Assembly: GCA_963776165.1 (NCBI GenBank)
Contig: CAVZLI010000008.1
Coordinates: 351,424 to 415,423, forward strand
Direction: 5' to 3'
Origin: an uncultured Verrucomicrobiae bacterium
GTDB lineage: Bacteria; Verrucomicrobiota; Verrucomicrobiia; Chthoniobacterales; JACTMZ01
Length of the DNA stretch: 64,000 nt
Part shown: positions 17,401 to 27,566 of the stretch, one piece after another
How the letters are laid out: each line of letters opens with the position of its first letter
Numbering within the stretch: the stretch's first letter is position 1
Translations under genes and position numbers: made by a program
Notes under the pieces: model-generated
Seen by the model: only the letters and a program-made list of their open reading frames with translations
The model's database searches: none
What the model was told of the DNA's origin: nothing

Positions 17401-19182
17401 TCAATGCACTTCCAACCGCGCGCCCTCGGGGGCTTTCTCGTTCTGCGGGAGGTAGTCTTTGTCCATGCCCGGCACGCTGTATTCGTAAGGTCCGTTGTAG
17501 ACGGTCGGGGTGTGGTCGAAGTTGCCGTGGCCGGGAGGCGACGGGACGGTCCATTCCAGCGTGGTCGCGTTCCACGGATTTTTGCCGGCCGGTTTGCCAT
17601 GGCGCAGGCTCCAGATGAAATTCCAGATGAAGATGAAGGTGGCCAGTCCCATGCCGAAGCTGGCCCAACTGACGAAGATGTTGATCGGCTGCAACGCGCG
17701 CAGGTGCTCGTAGACGGTCGGGTCGGCGATGCGGCGCATCATGCCGCCCAACCCGAGGTTGTGCATGGGGAAGAAGGTCAGGTTGAAAAAGATGAAGGTG
17801 GCGAAGAAGTGAATCTTGCCCCACGTCTCGTTCATCATGCGTCCGAACATTTTCGGATACCAAAAGTAGATCGCGGCGAAAGCGCCGAAGAGGCTGCCGC
17901 CGAAGAGCACGTAGTGGATGTGGGCGACGATGAAGTAGGAGTTGTGGACGAACAGGTCGACCGGCGTGGAGGCCATGAAGATGCCGCTCAGTCCGCCGAT
18001 GACAAACATCGAGACGAAAGCCAAAGCGAAGAGCATCGGCGTGGTGAATTCGATCGAGCCGCGCCAGACGGTGCCCATCCAGTTGAACGTCTTGATGGCC
18101 GAGGGCACGGCAATGATCATGGTCGAAACGGAGAAGGCGGCGCCGAGGGTGAGGTTCATGCCGCTGACGAACATGTGGTGGCCCCAGACGATGAAGCCGA
18201 GGAAGCCGATGGCCACCATGGCCCAGACCATGGCTTTGTAGCCGAAGATGGGTTTGCGGGCGAAGACGGGGAGGATTTCCGAGACGAGACCCATGGCCGG
18301 GAGGATCATGATGTAGACCTCGGGGTGACCGAAGAACCAGAAGAGGTGCTGCCAGAGGAGCGGTTGCCCGCCCTGCGCGGCAAAGAAGGTGGTGCCGAAA
18401 TTGAGGTCGGTGAAAAGCATGGCCGCCGCGGCGGAAAGCACCGGCACGGCGAGGATGAGGAGCCACGCGGTGAGGAAGAGGGCCCAGACGGAGAGCGGGA
18501 GCCGGAACATGGTCATGCCCGGGGCGCGCATGTTGACGATCGTCGTGATGTAGTTGGTCGCGCCCGCGATGGACGAGAGACCGTTGACGAACAGACCGAC
18601 GCACCAAAGGCTTTGTCCGATCTGCGTATTGTTGTTGTAGGCCGCGGTGGAACTGAGCGGCGCGTAGGCCGTCCAACCCGACTGCGCGGCCCCGCCGTCG
18701 ACGAAAAAGCTGGCGATGATGATGATGCCGGAAAGGACATAGAGCCAGTAGCTCATGGCGTTGAGCGTGGGGAAAGCCATGTCCCCTGCCCCGATTTTCA
18801 GCGGGATGAGGTAGTTGCCGAAGCCGCCGATGAGCAGCGGCATGACCACGAGGAACACCATGACGGTGGCGTGCATGGTGAAAAACATGTTGTAGCCGCC
18901 GGGCAGGATGACGCCGTCGATGGCGATGGTGGACGGCAGAAGGGAGCCGATGAGCGGGACCGGCACGCCGGGGTAAGCCAGCTGGTAGCGGATGCCCATG
19001 GCCAGCAGGCCGCCGATGAAGAGGAAGAAGAAGGAAGTCCACAGGTATTGCAGGCCGATCATCTTGTGGTCGAGCGACCAGATGTATTTGAAAAAGAAGC
19101 TCTGCTCGTGTCCGTGATGGTGCTCGTGATCGGCGGCCGGTTGGCCGGCATCGGGGACGAAGGTCGTGGCGCTCGTGCTCAT
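17401..19182 (-). CDS. ctaD: Cytochrome c oxidase subunit I, A1 type
   Basis: DHKMIG, WFFGHPEVY, VWGHHM, VAHIHY. Confidence 0.98.
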   Translation of the reverse strand: MSTSATTFVPDAGQPAADHEHHHGHEQSFFFKYIWSLDHKMIGLQYLWTSFFFLFIGGLLAMGIRYQLAYPGVPVPLIGSLLPSTIAIDGVILPGGYNMFFTMHATVMVFLVVMPLLIGGFGNYLIPLKIGAGDMAFPTLNAMSYWLYVLSGIIIIASFFVDGGAAQSGWTAYAPLSSTAAYNNNTQIGQSLWCVGLFVNGLSSIAGATNYITTIVNMRAPGMTMFRLPLSVWALFLTAWLLILAVPVLSAAAAMLFTDLNFGTTFFAAQGGQPLLWQHLFWFFGHPEVYIMILPAMGLVSEILPVFARKPIFGYKAMVWAMVAIGFLGFIVWGHHMFVSGMNLTLGAAFSVSTMIIAVPSAIKTFNWMGTVWRGSIEFTTPMLFALAFVSMFVIGGLSGIFMASTPVDLFVHNSYFIVAHIHYVLFGGSLFGAFAAIYFWYPKMFGRMMNETWGKIHFFATFIFFNLTFFPMHNLGLGGMMRRIADPTVYEHLRALQPINIFVSWASFGMGLATFIFIWNFIWSLRHGKPAGKNPWNATTLEWTVPSPPGHGNFDHTPTVYNGPYEYSVPGMDKDYLPQNEKAPEGARLEVH

Positions 19183-20087
19183 AGTTTGTTCTGGTTACGC
19201 GGGGCATCCCCCGCCGGATGGGTGGAAGCGGTGGACGTGCGCAGGGCGCGCGCGTCCGCGGCGGCTTTGGCTTCCTCGGCCTTGGCCTCGATCTTGCCGG
19301 CCTGCCATTTCTCGAACTCCTCCTGCGAGACGACGCGGATGGGAGCTTTCATGTTGTAGTGACCCGACCCGCAGATTTGGCTGCAGGCGAGTTCGAAATT
19401 GCCGGTGCGCGTCGGCTCGAACCAGACCCACGCGATGGTGCGTCCGGGCACCGCGGCCTGGTAGAGACGGAATTCCGGGACGTAGAACGAGTGGATGACG
19501 TCGCGCGAGTGGAGGTAGATGTGCACGGGGCGGTTGACCGGAATGACCAGTTCCGTGCTGGAAAAATCGTCGTCGCCCGCGGCGTCGTCGGGCACGAGGC
19601 CGAAGCGGTTGTCGACCGAGTAGCTGTGCACGTCGACCTTGCCGAGTTGTCCGTCCGCCCCGGCATAACGCATGTCCCAGCCGAACTGGTAACTGACCAC
19701 GTCGACCTTGACCGAATCTTCCGGCGCCGGGCGGTGCAGTTCGGCCCAGAGGCGGTTGCTGTAGATGACGAGGCCGAGGAAAATCGCCGTGGGAATGGCC
19801 GTCCAGATGATCTCCAGCTTGTTGTTGCCGTGGCTGTAGTAGGCTTTCGATCCGGGGCGCTTGCGGTATTTGACCAAGTAGTAGATGTAGACGGTCTGGG
19901 TGAGGACGAAGACCGCGGCAGTGAGGTAGAAAATGAAGTTGAGGAGCGTGTCGACTTTCTTGGCTCCGACGGTGGCGGCTTCGGGTGCCCAATAGAGATT
20001 GGTCTCGCGAACTTCGGCAGACGCTTCGGGCGCGATGGCGACGAGCGCGAGCAGGGCGAGGAGCAAAAATGGGAAGAGTCGGCGCAT
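19179..20087 (-). CDS. ctaC: Cytochrome c oxidase subunit II (CuA)
   Basis: LEIIWTAIP, DVIHSF, CSQICGSGHYNM. Confidence 0.95.
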   Translation of the reverse strand: MRRLFPFLLLALLALVAIAPEASAEVRETNLYWAPEAATVGAKKVDTLLNFIFYLTAAVFVLTQTVYIYYLVKYRKRPGSKAYYSHGNNKLEIIWTAIPTAIFLGLVIYSNRLWAELHRPAPEDSVKVDVVSYQFGWDMRYAGADGQLGKVDVHSYSVDNRFGLVPDDAAGDDDFSSTELVIPVNRPVHIYLHSRDVIHSFYVPEFRLYQAAVPGRTIAWVWFEPTRTGNFELACSQICGSGHYNMKAPIRVVSQEEFEKWQAGKIEAKAEEAKAAADARALRTSTASTHPAGDAPRNQNKL

Positions 20088-20089
20088 GG

Positions 20090-20884
20090 TCAGGCGGCGG
20101 CGGGGGTTGCGGCAGGTTCGGCTTCGGTCGGTTCGGCCGGGGGAGTTTCGCCTTCGGCGGGCGCGGGAGCGGCTTCGCCCTCGGGGGCGGGCGGGGCGGC
20201 GGATTCGAAGGTCACTGCGGGGATGGCTTGCAACTGCGCCTGCGTGTAAGGCTCGGTGCGGTCGGCGGTTTCCTCGCGCAGCTTGGCCACCTGCTCGGCG
20301 GTGATGGGCGGCGCACTGTTGCCCCATTCGTTGCGGATATAAGTGAGGATCATGGCGATCTGGTCGTCCTTGAGCTGTTTCCACGGCGGCATGGCGCCGT
20401 TGTAGGTGTCGCCCTTGACTTGGATCGGACCCTGCAAGCCGTGCAGGAGAATTTGCACGAGGTGGTTGTCCCCGACCCAATCGCCGCCGACCACCCATTC
20501 GCTGTCGACCAGCGTGGGGAATTGTCCGGCCACACCCTGGCCCGTCGCTTGGTGGCAGGCCACGCAATTGGCGGTGAAGAGGCGTTTGCCCACGACCATG
20601 GGATCGGGCGGACCTTTGGCCACGGCGCCGCCGCCGGTCCACGAAACTTGCGCCGGGTTGAAGACATCGGACTGAAATCCGCCGCTGTTGAAAGCGAGAT
20701 AGGCACCGCCCCAGAACACGAGGGCCATGAAGGCGGAAACGAGCCAGAGCGGGATGGGCTCGTAGCCGTCGCGCGGGTCGTCCTTCTCGCGCAGGATGGC
20801 ACCGTGCACGTCGCGCACGTTGAGTCCCTCCCCCTCGAGGTGGGACTGCAGTTCGTCGGAGCCGGGTTTGTTCGGGTCGATCAT
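20090..20884 (-). CDS. Membrane-anchored monoheme cytochrome c (CcoP-like)
   Basis: EPIPLW plus TM helix, CVACH, GAMPPW. Confidence 0.85.
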   Translation of the reverse strand: MIDPNKPGSDELQSHLEGEGLNVRDVHGAILREKDDPRDGYEPIPLWLVSAFMALVFWGGAYLAFNSGGFQSDVFNPAQVSWTGGGAVAKGPPDPMVVGKRLFTANCVACHQATGQGVAGQFPTLVDSEWVVGGDWVGDNHLVQILLHGLQGPIQVKGDTYNGAMPPWKQLKDDQIAMILTYIRNEWGNSAPPITAEQVAKLREETADRTEPYTQAQLQAIPAVTFESAAPPAPEGEAAPAPAEGETPPAEPTEAEPAATPAAA

Positions 20885-21504
20885 TGCGGCGGTTCCGGAG
20901 CCTCCGGCAGGGGATAGTTGCGGTTCAGCGAAAGAAGGTAGGCCACGAGGGCTTCGGCCTCGTAGGTCGGCACGACTTCATAGCCGTCCGGCGGGGTGTC
21001 CGGCGGCAGGACGTCGATGGCGTCGGCCGAGCGCTGACCTTCGATTTTGCGCACCTTGTAGAGGTATTTGTAGCTCGGCATGATGGAACCGGGGCTGACC
21101 GTGCCGGGCTGGTAGAGATGCTGGTGGTGCCACATCTCGCTGGGCTGGCGGGCTCCTATGTTGGTCAGGTCGGGCCCGGTGCGCATGGTGCCGAGGAAGA
21201 CGGGATTTTCCCGCATGTAGTCGCGGGCCACGGTGGGACGCGCGCCCCAGCCGCGCTCGAGGTCGCTGCCGTAGCCGACCTGGCGGACCTGCTGGCTATG
21301 ACAATAGATGCAGCCGGCCGAGGCGTAGACTTCCTGACCGCGTTCGGCCAGACCGGAGAGCGGCGGCGGGAGGATGTCGCCCGTTTCCTCGTCGGTCACC
21401 GGCGTGTAGCGCGCCAAGGCGAAGTAGGGATAGGCGACCAACCCGAGCCACGAACTCAGGAAGGTCAGGAAAATCCCGACGACGAGGACAGGCATCCGGT
21501 TCAT
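20881..21504 (-). CDS. ccoO: cbb3-type oxidase subunit II (monoheme)
   Basis: GCIYCHSQQVR, RTGPDL, SIMPSY. Confidence 0.93.
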   Translation of the reverse strand: MNRMPVLVVGIFLTFLSSWLGLVAYPYFALARYTPVTDEETGDILPPPLSGLAERGQEVYASAGCIYCHSQQVRQVGYGSDLERGWGARPTVARDYMRENPVFLGTMRTGPDLTNIGARQPSEMWHHQHLYQPGTVSPGSIMPSYKYLYKVRKIEGQRSADAIDVLPPDTPPDGYEVVPTYEAEALVAYLLSLNRNYPLPEAPEPPQ

Positions 21505-22976
21505 ACGTTGAGCGGCTCCGGTTGGCGTCCTTGGTCGCTGCCGAACAGCGTGGGTGCCGTGCGCAGGGACCCGACCTTGAGCAGGAGCAAAGTGAAGCTG
21601 ACGGCGAAAACGATATGGCCCGCGGTGAGCAGCACGCCCGACACGCTGCGCAGGAACAACCACGGCTTGGTGTAGTCGAGCGTGGCCATGAAGGTGATAT
21701 TCGGATCAAGTAAAGCGAGACCCTGCAGGATGCCACCGATGGTCAGGACGACGACCATCATGCCGATGCCGATGGCCACGAGCCAGAAATGCCAGCGGAT
21801 GAGGCGGGCGGACGGCCATTCCCATCCGACCACGCGGGGCAGGATGTAATACATCGCGCCGAACATGATCATGGTGAAGAAGGCGTAGAGCCCAAGGTGG
21901 GCGTGGCCGACCGTGTAGTGCGTGAAGTGCGTGATGATGTTGAGCGACGGGATGGCCATGAAGCTGCCCTGCACGCTGGCCAGCGTGTAGCACATGGCGC
22001 CGAAGACGGTGAAGCGGAGGGTCGGGCTCCATTTCAAGGCGTGGAAATTGCCGCGCACCGTCATGTGGTGATTGATGGCCGTGGTAATGACCGGGATGAA
22101 CATCATCACGCTGGCCACCACGCTGGCGCTGATCAGCCACGCGGGGAACGGTCCGCCGATGAGGTGGTGCATGCCGTTCCAGCTGTAGAAGAGGGCGAGC
22201 GACCAGAATCCGAGAATGCTGAGGTAGTAGCTGTGGATCGGGCGGCCGAGGACTTTGGGGATGAGGTAATAGGCGGTGGCCAGTCCGAGCGGGGTGAACC
22301 AAAGGCCGAGCGCGTTGTGTCCATACCACCAATTGACCGCCCCCTGCGCGCCGCCTTGGATCGGCTCGAAGTTGAGCAGGAGGTTGGCCGTGGAGTAGAG
22401 CCAGGGGAACCACAGGAAAGCGGCGAGCAGATACCATTGGCTCACGTAGACGTGGCCCGGTTCCCGGAAGCGGAACATGATGATGGCCCACACGGCGATG
22501 AGTCCGAAAGCGACGAAGAGCATGAAGCTCGCGTAGTTGGGAAACTCGAGCCACTCGATGGACCGTCCGTCGCCGGCGAGAATACCGAACGTGCCAAGCA
22601 GGAGGCCGATGTTCCAGAAGATGGCGGCGCCGATGAGTAGTTTGCTATGACGCAGCGGCGTGCGGCAGAGGCGGGCCATGAGCCACAGTCCCGTGCCGAT
22701 CCCGGCCGAGGCGGCCCAGCCATAGGCCACGGCATTCAAGTGCGCCGGGCGCACGCGGCCGAAGGTCATCCAGCCCCACTGGTCGAGGAGGGTCGGCGCG
22801 TTCATCTTGAAAGAGGCCAGCAGCGCGAAGACCGTGCCGACGAGGAGCCAGAACACGGCGGAAGCATAGAAAAGCACCACGGGCAAACGCGTCGACTCGT
22901 CGATGAGCGCGCGGTGCGCCTTTTCCATTTCAGGCGTCACGGTGGAAGGATGGGCTTCGGTCAAAGTCGCGCTCAT
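21501..22976 (-). CDS. ccoN: cbb3-type (C-family-like) oxidase subunit I
   Basis: FGRVRPAH, WWYGHN, YSWNGMHH, VGHAH. Confidence 0.92.
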   Translation of the reverse strand: MSATLTEAHPSTVTPEMEKAHRALIDESTRLPVVLFYASAVFWLLVGTVFALLASFKMNAPTLLDQWGWMTFGRVRPAHLNAVAYGWAASAGIGTGLWLMARLCRTPLRHSKLLIGAAIFWNIGLLLGTFGILAGDGRSIEWLEFPNYASFMLFVAFGLIAVWAIIMFRFREPGHVYVSQWYLLAAFLWFPWLYSTANLLLNFEPIQGGAQGAVNWWYGHNALGLWFTPLGLATAYYLIPKVLGRPIHSYYLSILGFWSLALFYSWNGMHHLIGGPFPAWLISASVVASVMMFIPVITTAINHHMTVRGNFHALKWSPTLRFTVFGAMCYTLASVQGSFMAIPSLNIITHFTHYTVGHAHLGLYAFFTMIMFGAMYYILPRVVGWEWPSARLIRWHFWLVAIGIGMMVVVLTIGGILQGLALLDPNITFMATLDYTKPWLFLRSVSGVLLTAGHIVFAVSFTLLLLKVGSLRTAPTLFGSDQGRQPEPLNV

Positions 22977-23200
22977 GATCGGAAGGACACGGCGCCGCGC
23001 CGCAGCGGGCGGTCGGCTTGTTTGTCGGCAAAGGCGTCCGTGGCCGTGCCCACGGGTTCGTCTTCATCAAAAATGGTCTTCGAGCCGTCTTCAAGATTGC
23101 GGAACTGCCCGGTCTTGGCCGCCCAATAAAAGGCGGCCAGCGTGGTTCCGCCGAAGAAGATGAGTCCGGCCGCGAGGAGAATGTAGACAATGGTATTCAT
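22973..23200 (-). CDS. ccoS: cbb3 oxidase maturation protein
   Basis: FYWAAKTGQFRNLE...IFD. Confidence 0.88.
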   Translation of the reverse strand: MNTIVYILLAAGLIFFGGTTLAAFYWAAKTGQFRNLEDGSKTIFDEDEPVGTATDAFADKQADRPLRRGAVSFRS

Positions 23201-23679
23201 GAGGCGGGGACCTCCTCTGCGGCGGGAGCCTCTTGGTCCGCGGGAGCCGGTTCCGGCGCGGGAGCCGGGGCGCTGAAAGGAGGCGGGGTCGGTTGCGGGA
23301 CGGCCAGGCCGCCGGGTTTGACGGCGGAGCCGAGCGGGATGCTCGGGTCAATGGGGTAAGCCGGACGCGGTTCGCCTTGGGCGGCGAGCTTGGCCACGGT
23401 CAATTCCATGGCGCGGTCGAGCGGGATGCGGACCGTCCCTTTTGCTTGATCGGCCCAACCGTAGCCGGTGGTGAGGGCTTGGTTCTCCTCGTTGATCTTG
23501 GCGAGGATCTCGTAACGCTCTTTGGCGCGGATGGCTTCCTCGTCGAAGGAGGCCGGATCACCCGCGCCGAGAATCCACTGCACGCCGAGGGCGAAAAGCA
23601 CGAAGAGCACAAACGCACCGACGAACATCGGCCAGATGCTCTTCTCGCGCGGGGCGGGGCTGTTGGGTGCTTGGTCCAT
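23197..23679 (-). CDS. ACIII-associated membrane protein (ActG-like)
   Basis: One TM helix, YGW.D..KGTVRIPLDRAM; directly after actF. Confidence 0.7.
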   Translation of the reverse strand: MDQAPNSPAPREKSIWPMFVGAFVLFVLFALGVQWILGAGDPASFDEEAIRAKERYEILAKINEENQALTTGYGWADQAKGTVRIPLDRAMELTVAKLAAQGEPRPAYPIDPSIPLGSAVKPGGLAVPQPTPPPFSAPAPAPEPAPADQEAPAAEEVPAS

Positions 23680-24875
23680 CAGTTGCGGAGTTTCAGCGAA
23701 TTGCCGAGGCGCGGGTCCTTGACCGGCCAGAGCGGCGTGTCACCGAGGCGTTTCATGAAAATGGCGGCCAGCGTGGCGCCGATGGCCAGCAGGCAGACGA
23801 GGTCGAGCCAGTGGAAGGCGGCCCCGGCTTTGTGGTAGGTCGGCAGGACGATGATGTACATGTCGAGCATGTGCATGAGCAGGATCCACACTGCCACGGC
23901 GCAAAGGAGCAGGGGTTTTTTCTTCGTGCCTTGGAAAAGCAGGATGACGAAGGGCAGGAAGAAGTGACCGACGACGAGGATGATATTCAGCGTGTTCCAA
24001 CTACCCGTGTTGCGGCGGAGGAACCAGACGGTTTCCTCCGGGATGTTGGCATACCAGATGAGCATGTATTGGCTGAAGCCGATGTAGGCCCAGAAAACCG
24101 TGAAGGCCAACATCAGCTTGCCCATGATGTGGTAGTGCTCGATGGTCACCACGCCCTCGAGGTAACCGGCACTGCGCAGCGCCGTGACGAGCAGCACGAG
24201 CACGCACATCGAGCTGAGGGCCGAACCGGCGAAGATGTAGACACCCCACATGGTGGAGAACCAGTGGAAGTCGAGGCCCATGAGCCAGTCGAACGCACCG
24301 AAGGTGAGCGAGAGGGCGAAGAGCGGAAGCATGGGGAACACCATCTTGCGCGAGAGCCAGGTGTAGCGCGCGTCGCCGTCCTTGTCCTGACGCACCGAGT
24401 TGCGGCGCAGCAGGTAGGCCGCGATGCTGAAGAAAAGGAAATAGAAGCCGGCACGGATCCAGAAGAAAGGCTCGTTCAAATAGGCGGCCTTGCCGTCGAG
24501 CAGGGGGTCGACGCCGGGCGGGATCTTCATCCATTTGAAGAGGGTCGGGGCGTTGAAGATGATCGGGATGAAGAGGATGGCCAAGATGGGGAAAAGCCAC
24601 GCGATATTCTCGAGCTGGCGACGCACAACGACGCTCCAATCGGCATCCACCGCGTGGTGCACAAGGATCCAGAAGAGCGATCCGGCCGTGATGGTGAAGA
24701 AGAAGGTGAAGGCGAAGAGCCAGGAGAAGGCGAATTGTTTGTAGGAGACGAATCCGCCCAGCGCGGCCAGGGCCAGCGAGAGCACGGCGAGGACGACGGT
24801 GAAGAGCAACTTCCCGCCGAAGCCCTGATAATCGAAGAATTCCTTCGAGCTGATTTTGGTTCCGTGGTCGCTCAT
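23679..24875 (-). CDS. actF: Alternative complex III membrane subunit F
   Basis: Multi-TM; DWLMGLDFHWFSTMWG, SQYMLIWYANIPEE. Confidence 0.92.
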   Translation of the reverse strand: MSDHGTKISSKEFFDYQGFGGKLLFTVVLAVLSLALAALGGFVSYKQFAFSWLFAFTFFFTITAGSLFWILVHHAVDADWSVVVRRQLENIAWLFPILAILFIPIIFNAPTLFKWMKIPPGVDPLLDGKAAYLNEPFFWIRAGFYFLFFSIAAYLLRRNSVRQDKDGDARYTWLSRKMVFPMLPLFALSLTFGAFDWLMGLDFHWFSTMWGVYIFAGSALSSMCVLVLLVTALRSAGYLEGVVTIEHYHIMGKLMLAFTVFWAYIGFSQYMLIWYANIPEETVWFLRRNTGSWNTLNIILVVGHFFLPFVILLFQGTKKKPLLLCAVAVWILLMHMLDMYIIVLPTYHKAGAAFHWLDLVCLLAIGATLAAIFMKRLGDTPLWPVKDPRLGNSLKLRN

Positions 24876-25561
24876 GGTTCTTGCGGCGGGGTTTCCAGGA
24901 CGGCGCGTTCGGCCGGCGGCACGTCGTTGATCGTCGCGGTCTGCGCCGCTTGCAGGGCGCGCACGTAGGCCACGATGGCCCAGCGGTCGTCGACCGGGAT
25001 TTTCGAGCCGTAGCCGAGCATGGTGTTCTTGCCCATGGTGATGGTGTTGTAAATCTCGCCGTCGGCCATCTCGCGCAGACGGTCTTGGTGCAGGCTGGCG
25101 ATGGCCACCAGCCCGTATTGTCCGGCCACGCCATTGCCGCCACCGCTGGCCCCGTGGCAGACGCCGCAGAAGATGGTGTAGCGTTCCTGCCCGCGCTGCA
25201 TCAGCTCGGCCGTGACCGGCAACGGGATGCCCGTGCCCCACTGATCGCCGAAGCGGCCGGTGTTGAAGTAATCGGTGCCGGAGGAGAAGCGCACCATGCG
25301 GTATTTGCCTTCGTCGGGGAACGGATCGGCTTTCGAGACCGGCGCCTCGTAGCCCAACGGCACGGTGCCGGGGACGGGCTGACGGTTGCCGCGTTCGTCG
25401 GCGAAGAACTCGCTCGGCACCTGCGCCTTCACTTTCGGCTGGTGGTCCATGTCGGGGAAAATCTCGATGGGCGGCTCGCCGCTTTTCTGCCCGCGGAAGC
25501 CCGCCACGGCGAAAAGGCCGACGAGAAAAAGGCCGAGACCGATGAAAAAGTAGCGCAGCAT
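24872..25561 (-). CDS. actE: Alternative complex III monoheme cytochrome c subunit E
   Basis: PDMDHQPK, RGQERYTIFCGVCH, MLGYG..I..DDRWAIVAYVRALQ. Confidence 0.92.
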   Translation of the reverse strand: MLRYFFIGLGLFLVGLFAVAGFRGQKSGEPPIEIFPDMDHQPKVKAQVPSEFFADERGNRQPVPGTVPLGYEAPVSKADPFPDEGKYRMVRFSSGTDYFNTGRFGDQWGTGIPLPVTAELMQRGQERYTIFCGVCHGASGGGNGVAGQYGLVAIASLHQDRLREMADGEIYNTITMGKNTMLGYGSKIPVDDRWAIVAYVRALQAAQTATINDVPPAERAVLETPPQEP

Positions 25562-25562
25562 A

Positions 25563-26123
25563 TCAGTCCCCGTAGATCAGCGTGATGTGTTTGCCGCCGA
25601 CACTCTCAAGCATGGCGCGGGTCGACTCCTCGTCGAACTTCGGGTCGGTGGCCTCGATGGCGACGAAGAATCCGTCGTCGCTGACCTTTTTGAATTCGTT
25701 CCAGTTGAAAATCGGATGGTTCCAGCGGGGCAGTCCATTAAGCGCCAACATGCCGAAGGTCGCGGTGAAGGCGGACAAGAGCACGGTCAGTTCGAACATG
25801 ATGGGGAAGAAGGCCGGGACGGTGAAAAAGTTGGTCGGCTTGCCGGCCACGACGAGGGGGTATTCGATGGACGACGGATAGAATTGCAGGATGGACGCGA
25901 TGGTCAGCCCGGTGATGCCGCCGATGAAAACGAGCGCGCTGAGCCAGGATTTTTTCAGCCCCATGGCGTGGTCCATCCCGTGGACGGGGAACGGTGAGTA
26001 AACATCCCAACGCTTGTAACCCGCATCGCGCACCTTTTCCGCGGCGTGGTAAAGCGCGGTGGCCGAGGGGACCTCGGCGGCCATGCCGAAAAGCTGCGAC
26101 TGCGGGTTGCCGGCCGTTTCCAT
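25563..26123 (-). CDS. actD: Alternative complex III subunit D (DUF3341)
   Basis: YSPFPVHGMD, GKP...PAFFPIMFELTVL. Confidence 0.93.
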   Translation of the reverse strand: METAGNPQSQLFGMAAEVPSATALYHAAEKVRDAGYKRWDVYSPFPVHGMDHAMGLKKSWLSALVFIGGITGLTIASILQFYPSSIEYPLVVAGKPTNFFTVPAFFPIMFELTVLLSAFTATFGMLALNGLPRWNHPIFNWNEFKKVSDDGFFVAIEATDPKFDEESTRAMLESVGGKHITLIYGD

Positions 26124-26124
26124 T

Positions 26125-27564
26125 TTAGTGCGCGGCTCCTTTCACCGCCGCGGCGGGTTCGGGGTGGTGCTCGTCGTGTCCGTGGTGCGGGTCGGCCTCG
26201 GGAAGGACGGCCTTCACTTCGAAAATACAGATCATCGGCAGCCAGCGGATGAAGAGCAGGAAGAGGGCGAGGAAGATGCCGAAGGTGCCGACGAACGTCC
26301 AGATGTCGACCCAGGTCGGATAGAACATGTTCCAGCTGGACGGCAGGAAGTCGCGGTGGAGCGAGGTCACGATGATGACGAAGCGCTCGAACCACATGCC
26401 GGCATTGACGAACATGCAGACGATGAAGACCCAGAGCACGTGGCGGCGGAAGAAGCGGAACCAGAACAGCTGCGGAGCCACCACGTTGCAGAAAATCATC
26501 GACCAGTAGGCCCACCAGTAAGGTCCGGTCGCACGGTTGATGAAGGCGTATTGCTCGAACATGTTGCCGCCATACCACGCAATGAAGAACTCCATCGCAT
26601 ACGCGTAGCCGACGATGGAACCGGTCAGCAGGATGATTTTGCACATCTTGTCGACGTGGTCGTCGGTGATCAGGTCGTGCAGACCGAAAATAGCGCGGGC
26701 CGGCAACATGATGGTCAGCACCATGGCGAACCCGCCGAAGATGGCGCCGGCCACGAAGTAGGGCGGGAAGATGGTGGTGTGCCATCCGGGAATGACCGAC
26801 GTCGCGAAGTCGAAGGACACCACCGAGTGCACGGAGAGCACGAGCGGCGTGCTCAGACCCGCGAGGATGAGGTAGGCCATCTCGTAGTGTTTCCACTGAC
26901 GGTTCCCGCCGCGCCAGCCAAGGGCCGCGATGCCGTAGAAGAATTTGCGCAGCTTGTTCTTGGCGCGATCGCGCAGGGTCGCGAGGTCGGGAACGAGGCC
27001 GGTATACCAGAAGAGGACCGACACCGTGAAATAGGTCGAGACGGCGAAGACGTCCCATAGCAGCGGACTGCGGAAGTTTTGCCAGATGGCGTTCGAGTTC
27101 GGCACCGGCGCGAGGAACCACACCATCCAGATGCGGCCGACGTGCACCGCGGGGAAAATGCCGGCGCAGACCACGGCGAAGAGGGTCATGGCTTCGGCCG
27201 CACGGTTGATCGATGTGCGCCATTTTTGCCGCGTGAGAAACAAGATGGCGGAAATGAGCGTGCCCGCGTGGCCGATACCGATCCAGAACACGAAGTTCGT
27301 GATGTCCCAGGCCCAACCGACCGGGTGATTGAGACCCCACACGCCGACGCCGGTCGAGATGAGGTAGGCGATGCAGAAGAAGCTGACCATGGCCAGCGAG
27401 GCGCTGATGGTGAAAGCGATCCACCACCAGGTCGGCGCGCTTTTTTCGGTGCACGACGCGACGTGGTCGGTGATCCACTTCATCGGCCGGTTGTTGGTGA
27501 CCAGCGGCGCGCGCTTGATGCGCTCGGCCGCGGCCTCGTGACTCTGCATGAATGCGTCCGCCAT
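26125..27564 (-). CDS. actC: Alternative complex III quinol-binding subunit C (NrfD family)
   Basis: [43 protein letters not shown]. Confidence 0.96.
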   Translation of the reverse strand: MADAFMQSHEAAAERIKRAPLVTNNRPMKWITDHVASCTEKSAPTWWWIAFTISASLAMVSFFCIAYLISTGVGVWGLNHPVGWAWDITNFVFWIGIGHAGTLISAILFLTRQKWRTSINRAAEAMTLFAVVCAGIFPAVHVGRIWMVWFLAPVPNSNAIWQNFRSPLLWDVFAVSTYFTVSVLFWYTGLVPDLATLRDRAKNKLRKFFYGIAALGWRGGNRQWKHYEMAYLILAGLSTPLVLSVHSVVSFDFATSVIPGWHTTIFPPYFVAGAIFGGFAMVLTIMLPARAIFGLHDLITDDHVDKMCKIILLTGSIVGYAYAMEFFIAWYGGNMFEQYAFINRATGPYWWAYWSMIFCNVVAPQLFWFRFFRRHVLWVFIVCMFVNAGMWFERFVIIVTSLHRDFLPSSWNMFYPTWVDIWTFVGTFGIFLALFLLFIRWLPMICIFEVKAVLPEADPHHGHDEHHPEPAAAVKGAAH

Positions 27565-27566
27565 GA

